Source: Tubiluchus corallicola (taxonomy: Eukaryota; Animalia; Priapulida). Taken from it: a stretch of DNA of 64,000 nt. This document shows positions 54,684 through 64,000 of the stretch, one piece after another. The translations under genes and the position numbers were made by a program. Every line of letters starts with the position of its first letter. The stretch's first letter is position 1. Under the pieces are notes generated by a model. That model saw nothing but the letters and a program-made list of their open reading frames with translations. It was not told the origin of the DNA and did no database searches. The DNA is taken from the NCBI GenBank assembly GCA_030141605.1, contig JAQGDQ010000011.1, positions 616,066 through 680,065 of the forward strand, written 5' to 3'.

Positions 54684-54941
54684 CCCATTTACACTATAGA
54701 GAATATACGAGACATGTCCTGAATCCCTGCTAACACTTTAAATGACTTGTCTACTTTTCTCAGTACAAGTTTCGTGTACATTTTAAAATTAATCCGGACT
54801 TGGGTATGCTGATTTTGTGAGACCAAATCTGGGAGACAATCACGGAAAACAACCTACAGGTAGAGGTTGTGATTATGTAACACTAGTTCACATCTAACAT
54901 GTACTCTACGAGTAGAGTAGTTTTTGCCTAGTGTAAATGGG
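54684..54941. mobile_element. MITE with 13 bp inverted repeats
   Basis: cccatttacacta (54684-54696) pairs with tagtgtaaatggg (54929-54941). Confidence 0.6.
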
Positions 54942-55488
54942 GTTACAGTTTCCAAATAATTGTTCTTTTGCTTACCAAGTCTAGCTCACTTTCATGACTA
55001 GATGCTGAATTGGCAGATGTACTGAGGTTGCTTTTGGATTCATACATTCGTACATACTCGTACTCCATGAGATAAACAAACAGTGATAATATGGCGAGAG
55101 TTTTACACGCAGACAGCATCCTCCCATCCGTTTACTGATCAAGCTTATAATTTCTTGTCTCTACATTTATTGATGTTCAAAATTTCGACTAATAAAAATT
55201 ATCCTAAAGAACATTTTTGTCCTAGTCATTCCTCAATGTTTCTTAGCTTTCTGTGACTCTTGGTTTGATATCCGTATTATTTTAGTTAAAAATTAATTTC
55301 GCAAAATTTTACCACTATTTCTATAGTAGAATATGTCCATATTTATTTACAAAATATTTGTAGCAAAAGCAAAAGAATACCAACAAACTGCATGATATCT
55401 AATGTAAAATCATTATCCAGTTGTTTCTTGTTCGAATATACCATTATATGCTGCTGTGATAATAAACCTTATATATATATTCGATTTG

Positions 55489-58400
55489 TCAAGATTTCTC
55501 CTTTGGCGATTTCTTACTTTTTGCTGTGATCAGCGTTTTGTTGCTAAGGTCCACTCCTCGCGTGCGAATAGCTGTAAACAAATTATTAGTCCAAAATCAA
55601 TAATTACTGCCGAAAGGAAGCCACTGTACAAGTGTAGCGCACGGGTATTTTATATTATAGGGAAAAGTAAATAAGATGAGGTTATGTGAAAAATCATCTT
55701 ATTGGTTATATATATATGTTCATGTTACTGTTACAATACTTGCATATCAAGAAACATTTCGTGATAAAATAACTTATCAATACACTACTATGTAAACATC
55801 TGTACATCATTACTGCAAAGAACAACACGAAGTTTTGCAAATAGCTAATTTTTTAAACAAACCACAGCATAATACAAACAACAAGCACATTACCATATGT
55901 GGCTTCGTTTTCATCTCCTGTCAGTTCACATTGAAATACTTCTGTCTCCAATGTGTGTTTGGCTTCCTCTGCTTGTTGAATTAACTAAAAAAATATTTCA
56001 GATAAAGGTAGTCTGCAAACAAAGCAAAATGACAGTGATGATGACAAGATGACAGCGACATACTTCTCACAGACTTTCAAGAATTGATACTGTATTACAT
56101 TTTGACTTTTTATGTGAAAGGCAAGAAGCTGGGTCCATCTCTTGTCAACAATGGCTAACATGTACGGAAACTGATAAATGTATCAGTAATTTAGCATTAG
56201 TTATGCAGTACAAAAACAAAGCTTCAAAGTTACATTTTTGTTATAACTGTGCAACAAATTACTTCAGGTCAACAATCCTTCTTTCTGCCATAAATAATCA
56301 GCCATCACTTGAAATGAAACATTTATAGCAGTGTTTGTCAGCAAAACAAGCAAAACGATACAACGCATACTAACACATTCACAAATATACGTTTTGCTCG
56401 GACATTTGCAATTATTAAATGTGACAATATAATAAGTCAAACTAATCAAACATAAATCATAATGGCACAACAGGCTCGGGCAAAGTAAGACAGAACAACC
56501 AGCAACAGTTTCGAGACAATTTACTACTATTTATGATTTCCCGACACACCACAAATAACAAATTCAAATGACAGAAAACTCTGAAAAATAACAAGCGGCA
56601 CTGACTCAGATCCACAGAGACTGCAGTCTGACCGCAGTGTCTCGCCAGTAGTGTTAGTTTCATTTTTCATATTTTTTTTTGGGAGGGTGGATGGTTGCAT
56701 CCCCTCACGTTTCCTTATCACAAATGAGATTTTGTGATCGACTCTGAGTGTGAATCTTAAAGTGCAACCTAAATGAAACATTTAATACTTCCAGCTAATC
56801 AGAGTACATTTATCTATGAAACAGGCTTGCATGTTTGTGAGAAGAAGACTATCTTGAAAGAAATCAGCTAGCACTTGCAAATGTTATTACAGTGAATGTT
56901 TACCTTTGTGTCTTTATCAAAACCTTGATATTTTTGAACAACATATTATGCTGCCTTTATTAACTCACAATCTCGACGAAGAGCATCATATGACCTTAGA
57001 TAAATTTTGACAAAACATCTCTCTCTTTACGCAACGTTTTCTTTCTGTTTTTTTTTAATATGATCTTACATTTCACTTATAGAAATCAGAGTAATCAAGC
57101 CATTTACACAGCTAGCAGAGGTGATTAATTTTATATCAGACACAGCCCTATTATCTTCAATGTCATTGCACAACCTTTCCTACTACGCAGAAACATTTGT
57201 TTGTACAACATACATTTTCACCGTGTTGCCAAAAAGGAAATCTGTTAACGTTAATCTGATTTATGCCTGTGTGTGTGCTGTTATCTATGGAAACAAGGTG
57301 AAACGTTCGTCATTAAAACTGTTTTAATTTGATGTCGCAACCTGTCACAGTTTACTGCTTCTAATATATAGAAATGGAATACATAAGCAAATCTACCAGC
57401 ATCCTCATCAGCAGTAACTACAATCACTCAGATGAGATGGTTATTTATATGAACAAGCATTTACGATTGTATCTGACCGGATTATATTCATTACATTGTC
57501 TTTTGGGATTTCTGATTCTTGCTAGCAATATGCTCACGATCGTAGCTATATTCACCGTACCAAAAATTGGAAGCTCAATTTTGATATTAACCATTGTTGC
57601 ACTGGGAGATACTTGCATGGGAATAAGCAGATTTTTCAGATTTTTGGTTGCTGGAATCGACCCACATTATGGCATATTGGAAGATCGACAGCCGTGGTGT
57701 TGGACAGGCACAATTATTGCTATGACTGGCCTACTAGTTTCTGCGTATGGAATGCTACTTCTCTCGGCGGACCGATACATCAAAATAATCCATCTGCACT
57801 CAGCTGGATTAAAAACAAGACATGTCATAATTTCTGGAACTGGAATTATTGGATTTTCGGTTGCCTTCAACTTAACATTGTTAAGTAAGTGGAAATCTGC
57901 CACTGAAAGTTCAAAAGATTTTTACAAAACTCATTTCTGCTTAAGTGGGAAATTTCCTAAAAGTTTCTCCTTGATAATAGTACTTCTGTTCCTCACAGCA
58001 GTATTTGCATCGGTGGCACTTTATGTCAGGATATACCTCGCTGTGAAAAAAAGCCAGCATGTAAGAGCAAAGTTGTCGAAGAACAGTTCCATGGGTTCAA
58101 ACATCAAGGCTCTGTACACAACAGCACTTGTCTTAGGTACATATGTGCTTCTGTGGCTGCCACAATTTCTCTATTTGCTGTATTTCACAATAACCAAGGA
58201 CAGGGACACAACAGTCAAGGACGGGGACAAGATCACATTCTACTACGTTCACTCAGTTCTTAATTTGTTTCTTGCTCTCAATTCCCTAATTAATCCTTTG
58301 ATTTACATGGCTAGAATACCACTAATTAAAACCCAACTGGTGTACATTTTCTGCAAGCACAGAAGAAGGGTCGGTGTACAACACATCATGGTAACTGCAG

Positions 58401-60324
58401 AAAGGAACATGAAGGTCTTTGCCATGACCAAAAGTGGACGATAGCGTTGCTAAATCATGTAGTATAACGACATGTGAGTGCAAATAATGCAATTATTACT
58501 ATAAGTAGGCCATAGTGAAATTTTATGTTTTCCACAATATTTATTAATTTTATTACAAGGAATATTTGCACCTAAAAACAGCCAACAGGTTTGTGGCAAG
58601 ATCTTTTTCGGATTTTGAACATTTTGAGTAAATTTATGAAGTATATTATGCTGTTTTGTACAGTAAATGAAGTATTTTTCACGACAATCAGTCACGATGT
58701 ATTAACGAATTTTTCACAAATGATTAAATCATTTGAACACTTGAATAAAAACAGCCAAACATCTTCAAATAGCTAATGAAATGTCCAATATGCTATTTAT
58801 TCAAATACATGCACGTTTTGTGCACTAATGATATTTGTAAAAAAAATTGCATAAAATTTCAAACAGCACCAAGCCATAGCTTAGCTGGAACAACAAGATG
58901 CCATGATGCTCGTAACACACAGCCCGCTGAGTGCACTGTCCTGCTAGGGCTTCTAACAACACTGGGCATTCAATCTGGCAAGACTGGGCATTCATCACCA
59001 TCATATGCCTGTTACGTCTACTGTACGCATTGGGCAGGCAGAATTCTAAAATAAAAGACACCTGCCCTCAAGACAGTTAAACACAGCAGTAATCCAGCAA
59101 AAAACTAGACACTGTTGCTGTCGTGACTTAGTGATTTTTTGTCTGCCATCTTGTGTCGAATTAAAAAAAGCATTGCAAGTGTGTAACTGCACTACTTGCA
59201 GTAGTATAAGCTTCAGAGAAATTGACCTATAATGTATAATGTTATCGAGCTTCATACTTTGATAATCATTGTGAACTGGTCATCTATGCTGTAGACAGGA
59301 GAATGCTAAATGATATGCTCAGTGATTTCGATACGATATGAACAAAAAATACGATAAGAACATTGACTGAAGGTTAAACAAAAGACAGTGACCAGTAATT
59401 TTATTATGCTCTGCTACAAACACTGACCTGTAAATTAAGACTAGTGGTAATGGCATTTTAATTACAAAGTATAATTTCACAAATTTGTTAATTTCACTAC
59501 TGTGTTATTCTCTGCTAAATAAATATGCATCTGAAACATTAGCTGGAACAAGAAGATATGGGTCTTTAAAAATTTAAGAAGTGTTTCAGACAGTGTATGA
59601 GCTGTAATGCTATAATAGTGCGTCATAAATAGCTAATGTAAACTTCACATCTTTCAAAAAGCTCTATATTAATGAAAGTGAATCCATTTCTTGGCATCAT
59701 AAAACACACATGATGACTCTACCCACACATTGGCTTTATTAGAATGCGTGCTTATCACGTTCTCCCTTGCAAAATCTTTACTACACGAATCCACAATATT
59801 TTAACTTAAAACTGTAAAGCTCACATGTACACATTAATTTGCAAACAATGATGCAATGAAAGGAGTTATGTTGATATTTTTAAAAAATGTTCATGTAAAC
59901 TCAAACATTTTTTCAACACTGTTCACTATTTAAAAAATGTAGAAATGAAATCACATTAAGTCGTCCCAAATGACACACACCAGATGGAAATACACATAGT
60001 TGTCTGAGAGAGCTTGAATTTTAATTATAATAATTCATTTTTAATAATTATAATAATTTAATGTCTAATTTAATGATTTAATTAATTTCACAAATGATTT
60101 AATTTATATGCATTATTCACAAAGATCAAATGTATTATAATATAAAGGAGTAGAAGTGAAACGTCTTAGAAACAATGGGAAAAAAATCTCATACAACTTG
60201 TGATACTATTTTCGCTTTTTTCTCTGCATAATAACTAAAACTTAATTTCTTACCCTCTCCAAAACATCTTTGTCTGTTACCATCTTATTTTCTCGAAATC
60301 TGTCGTTGATTTCCTTATGCGAAG
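55489..60324 (-). CDS. LYRM7: LYR motif protein 7 / Mzm1-like complex III assembly factor, 3' three exons (5' exons not found in window)
   Basis: Exons 60324-60254 (ASHKEINDRFRENKMVTDKDVLER), 55984-55894 (LIQQAEEAKHTLETEVFQCELTGDENEATY) and 55571-55489 (AIRTRGVDLSNK...stop) have good splice sites and compatible phases. The sequence parallels human [42 protein letters not shown] as remembered. Confidence 0.78.
57374..58444 (+). CDS. Intronless rhodopsin-like (class A) GPCR, orphan, 356 aa
   Basis: Seven hydrophobic segments: TM1 ASN, TM2 ALGD, TM3 Cys and ADRY, TM6 LWLP, TM7 NSLINPLIY, and a C-terminal Cys after helix 8. Confidence 0.93.
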   Translation: MEYISKSTSILISSNYNHSDEMVIYMNKHLRLYLTGLYSLHCLLGFLILASNMLTIVAIFTVPKIGSSILILTIVALGDTCMGISRFFRFLVAGIDPHYGILEDRQPWCWTGTIIAMTGLLVSAYGMLLLSADRYIKIIHLHSAGLKTRHVIISGTGIIGFSVAFNLTLLSKWKSATESSKDFYKTHFCLSGKFPKSFSLIIVLLFLTAVFASVALYVRIYLAVKKSQHVRAKLSKNSSMGSNIKALYTTALVLGTYVLLWLPQFLYLLYFTITKDRDTTVKDGDKITFYYVHSVLNLFLALNSLINPLIYMARIPLIKTQLVYIFCKHRRRVGVQHIMVTAERNMKVFAMTKSGR

Positions 60325-61697
60325 CTGAAACAACAAAAATGTCAGAATGGAATCACTTGACTAACAAAGGATGGGCACCCATGGAGATAAGGGAAAGGTG
60401 AGCAATCACAGCTAACAAGCAACTGTGCAATTAATGCATGTAAAAGGTACGGTGTTCAAGTAATTACTTCAAGTGCTTTATTTTTTCACTTTTGCCTGGA
60501 TCCATCAGTAATTGTGTTATGTAGGCCCTTTATTATTTATTATTATATATCTATGAACTGGGTTAACCAGAAGCTTCTAGCAAAAAACATGACTGCCAAT
60601 AGTTTACTTGTCAAGATTTTTCAAGAATATTAGTGTACAAAAAACTATATCCTAAACAGAGGGTGAAAAAATCCAGAGTACTTGAAGTTCAAGTTCAAGT
60701 GCAGAGTCCATGTCAAACTCCAAGTCAGTATAATGAACTGGATATAGATAGGAAATGTAGATAGCAAATAGTGCATTATTATTAAACATTATATAGTAAA
60801 TAATAGTGAAATAGGCAGTTTTACCATCGTAGAAGGAGACATTATTTAACCCTGCACTGTAAACCACTTTTCAGTTTTACACATAAGTCATGTGGTAGTC
60901 TCTACTCTCTTACTCGTGACATATTTTGCAACGTTTACATAGCTTGAACTAAACTTATTGCAAATTCTTTAAATAAACTAAAATAGCTATTTTTTGTTGG
61001 CGCAATATAAAATATTCTTTAAGAAATACCACTATTTTACTATTTATTGCAAACCAAATTAGCACATACTTCAACACAGCCGTAGTGAAAAACATATTTT
61101 TTACCAAATGTTGCCATAGCTTGGGGCCTCAAGGCTGTAGCCTATAATTACCTATAGGATACTCCAGGACTTGCCCATGATCCTAAACACTCCGAGTAAG
61201 AGTTTACAATAAGTTTTGCTGAATGTCAAAAATCTACAAAAGTTGTGTTATTCATATGTTAGCAAGATGAAAACGTCTGATAATCACATCAATTATCTCA
61301 TAAATAGTTTGTATTACTAACAAACCCAGATGCTTTTCAACAGCCACAGCCTGAAATTAGCTGCTTGTAATCATTGCACTATCTCATTACAACTGGCCCA
61401 ATAGAAAAGGCTGCCTAGCTGCATTGAGATGCATCCCACCAGCTGGCTTCACTTAGTATTGATCTACTGTGTCTGGTGATGCTGAAGCTGCTGCCAGAGC
61501 ATTCCAAGCCAGGCTGCCATTTGCAGGATCTGTATGAATTTATGCAGTGTTATTAACAGGAAGATGTTGATGCTATGTGCAGGACAGCAAACAACTGTAT
61601 CATAGTAGTTCACACTGTGTGGGAGGTTGCAGTGACAGAAAAATACAAAGTCAGTAGTTGTAATGCTGTTTAAATAGTGAAACATTCTCAGTTAACC

Positions 61698-64000
61698 ATG
61701 GATAGGATGTGGGGATTCGTAGTTCTATGGATGTTGGGATATGTTGCTGGTCAGTCAGAAAATCCAAAGGTTTACACAGTGGCAGGAGTTCTGAGTGGCA
61801 AGGACAAACGGGATGCATTCCTAGAAGCAGTTGGGAAAATTCCAGCACAGGATATTTTACCAGAAGGAATAGTCTTCAATTCCACAACAATATTAATGAA
61901 TCCTAATCCCATACGAACAGCACTCTCTGTTTGTGAAGATGTTATAAAGTCTAGGGTGTACGCAGTTGTGGTAAGTCATAGCCAAGGCAATGAACTTTCT
62001 CCAGCCAGCGTGTCATACACGTGTGGGTTCTATGACATACCCGTAATAGGAATAAGTGCAAGAGATACCGTATTCTCTGATAAAAATATCCACACGTCTT
62101 TCTTGCGAACTTTACCGCCATATTCTCATCAAGTAGATGTCTGGATAAAAATGGTGGTCCTTTTCGGATGGAAGGCTGTTATTTTTATCCACACCAATGA
62201 TCGAGATGGTAGATCTGTGCTTGGTAGACTTCACAATCTTGCTGAAGAAAATGGTATCGAAGTTGAGAAGACAATAGAGTACGAAGCTGGAGTAACAAAC
62301 TTAACTCACCAATTTCTTATAGAAGCCAAGGAAGCCAAGTCTAGGATTATATTCATGTATGCAAATGCCAATGACGCAGAAGCCATATTCACAGCTGCAG
62401 CTGAAGTGAATCTCACTGGAGCCGGATACGTGTGGATTGTGACGGAAAAAGCTATGGGTGTCCACAACTGCCCAGATGGTACACTTGGGCTACAGCTGCG
62501 ACACCAAGAGGATGAAAAGGCACACATTAGTGACAGCATTAAAATAATAGCCATGGCATTGGCAGAAATGTACAAAAATGAAAACATCACTGAACCGCCA
62601 AGCAGTTGTGGTGAGTTAACTTGGGATACGGGTCGCAAGTTCTTTAAGTATTTAATAGAACAGAAGCTACCTAAAGGTAAAACTGGGAAAATCAGGTTTG
62701 ATGAATCTGGGGATCGACTTGATGCTGATTATAAGATCATTAACATTCAGAAAGGAGTTCCAGTGACTGTTGGAAGCTACACTCCATCAACTAATCCTGA
62801 CAGTCACAAACAGACAGAATTAAAGTTGAGAAATGAAACAATGATAGTATGGCCCGGTGGACTGACAGAAACTCCGGAAGGTTATGTTATTTCGAGTAAC
62901 TTGAGAGTAGTGACAATTGAGGATACACCTTTTGTGCATGTGAGACAAATTCTGCCGGGAGAAAACTGCACACAAGAAGGGGAAGTGTATTGCCCCAGGC
63001 CAAATGCCTCCTTTCCGACTGTAAAAGCATGGCAAGAAGAGTATTGTTGCTATGGTTACTGTATAGAATTGTTACAAAATTTGGCAAAAACTGTTAATTT
63101 TACATTCCAACTTCATTTGGCCATTGACAAGTCATACGGGTCATACGAACGAAGAAATGACTCGACGAAGAAAGAATGGAATGGCATGATAGGAGAAATA
63201 GTCAACGGAAAAGCTGATATGATTGTGGCTCCACTAACCATTAATCCAGAAAGAGCAGAATTCATTGACTTTTCAAAACCATTCAAGTATCAGGGAATCA
63301 CAATTTTAGAAAAAAAGAGAGCGAAGACGTCTAGCCTGACGTCATTTCTTCAACCATTCCAAAACTCACTATGGCTACTAGTTCTATTCTGTGTCCACCT
63401 TGTTGCACTCGTGCTATACTTGCTAGATCGATTTAGCCCTTTTGGCAGGTTCAAGTTGCCACAAAGTGATGAAACTGAAGAAGATGCACTGAACCTTTCC
63501 ACTGCACTGTGGTTTGCATGGGGCGTTATTTTAAACAGCGGAATTGGCGAAGGCACACCTCGCAGCTTCAGTGCTAGAGTCTTAGGCATGGTCTGGGCAG
63601 GCTTTGCTATGATCATAGTGGCTAGCTACACTGCTAACCTGGCAGCCTTTCTCGTGTTGGACAGACCTCAAACCACAGTAACTGGTATCAATGACGCCAG
63701 ACTGAGGAACCCCCAGGAAAATTTCACATACGGAACAGTGAAAGATTCAGCCGTGGACATGTATTTCAGAAGACAAGTCGAGCTCTCCACCATGTACAGA
63801 ACAATGGAAGAAAACAATGTCGATACAGCAGAACTTGCCATTAAGAAGGTAAAGAATGGATCTCTTAATGCATTCATATGGGATTCTTCCCGCCTGGAAT
63901 ATGAAGCAGCATTGGACTGTAATCTAGTCACAGCCGCAGAACTTTTTGGTCGATCTGGTTATGGCATTGGGTTGCCAAAAAGTAGCCCATGGACTGACAA
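61698..64000 (+). CDS. GRIN1: NMDA receptor subunit GluN1 (NR1); uninterrupted ORF running off the window end
   Basis: accATGG start with an upstream in-frame stop; signal peptide MDRMWGFVVLWMLGYVAG. Motifs: NPIRTALSVCED, SYTCGFYDIPVIG, APLTINPERA, FSKPFKYQG, WGVILNSGIGEGTPRSFSAR, SYTANLAAF, IWDSSRLEYEA. About 767 codons with no stop or intron. Absent from the supplied ORF track, presumably because it has no stop in the window. Confidence 0.97.
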   Translation, partial: MDRMWGFVVLWMLGYVAGQSENPKVYTVAGVLSGKDKRDAFLEAVGKIPAQDILPEGIVFNSTTILMNPNPIRTALSVCEDVIKSRVYAVVVSHSQGNELSPASVSYTCGFYDIPVIGISARDTVFSDKNIHTSFLRTLPPYSHQVDVWIKMVVLFGWKAVIFIHTNDRDGRSVLGRLHNLAEENGIEVEKTIEYEAGVTNLTHQFLIEAKEAKSRIIFMYANANDAEAIFTAAAEVNLTGAGYVWIVTEKAMGVHNCPDGTLGLQLRHQEDEKAHISDSIKIIAMALAEMYKNENITEPPSSCGELTWDTGRKFFKYLIEQKLPKGKTGKIRFDESGDRLDADYKIINIQKGVPVTVGSYTPSTNPDSHKQTELKLRNETMIVWPGGLTETPEGYVISSNLRVVTIEDTPFVHVRQILPGENCTQEGEVYCPRPNASFPTVKAWQEEYCCYGYCIELLQNLAKTVNFTFQLHLAIDKSYGSYERRNDSTKKEWNGMIGEIVNGKADMIVAPLTINPERAEFIDFSKPFKYQGITILEKKRAKTSSLTSFLQPFQNSLWLLVLFCVHLVALVLYLLDRFSPFGRFKLPQSDETEEDALNLSTALWFAWGVILNSGIGEGTPRSFSARVLGMVWAGFAMIIVASYTANLAAFLVLDRPQTTVTGINDARLRNPQENFTYGTVKDSAVDMYFRRQVELSTMYRTMEENNVDTAELAIKKVKNGSLNAFIWDSSRLEYEAALDCNLVTAAELFGRSGYGIGLPKSSPWTD

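Noticed and set aside
54690-54853. Minus-strand ~54-codon open stretch after an AG
   Set aside because: Lies inside a MITE bounded by cccatttacacta inverted repeats.
60326-61697. Search for the LYRM7 N-terminal exons
   Set aside because: Candidate AG...GT segments on the minus strand (e.g. ~60978-60914) have stops in all frames or no LYR-like motif.
62306-63931. Minus-strand ORFs listed in the track
   Set aside because: Antisense shadows of the GluN1 coding sequence.

Overview
AT-rich animal genomic DNA with GT-AG introns and many microsatellites and decayed transposons; a bilaterian invertebrate, plausibly lophotrochozoan, but the species cannot be fixed from sequence alone. Gene models were built by hand from splice signals, exon phases and remembered family motifs; no database search was run. 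Well-supported genes: a divergent DDIT4/scylla-like gene (-, ~19.3-19.7 kb); a 7-exon secreted pentraxin-domain protein with a long Gln/Tyr/Gly/Pro repeat tail (-, 24.3-30.4 kb); a frameshifted small heat-shock protein (+, 39.5-39.9 kb); an 11-exon TTC23-like gene containing a U12-type minor intron (+, 42.0-53.8 kb); and the 3' three exons of LYRM7 (-, 55.5-60.3 kb). One LYRM7 intron contains an intronless class A GPCR on the opposite strand. An NMDA receptor GluN1 gene, intronless over the 2.3 kb visible and running off the window end, probably lies in the preceding LYRM7 intron. Weaker candidate: a micro-exon, type II membrane gene at 2-8 kb whose 3' part recalls a degenerate M13/neprilysin C-terminus. 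Repeats include an old SINE family with a tRNA-like A box joined to a 5S rRNA-like segment, RTE and CR1/L2 LINE relics, a Tc1/mariner relic, a Helitron-like element, several MITEs and a ~2 kb foldback. No CRISPR array or prokaryotic features were seen.
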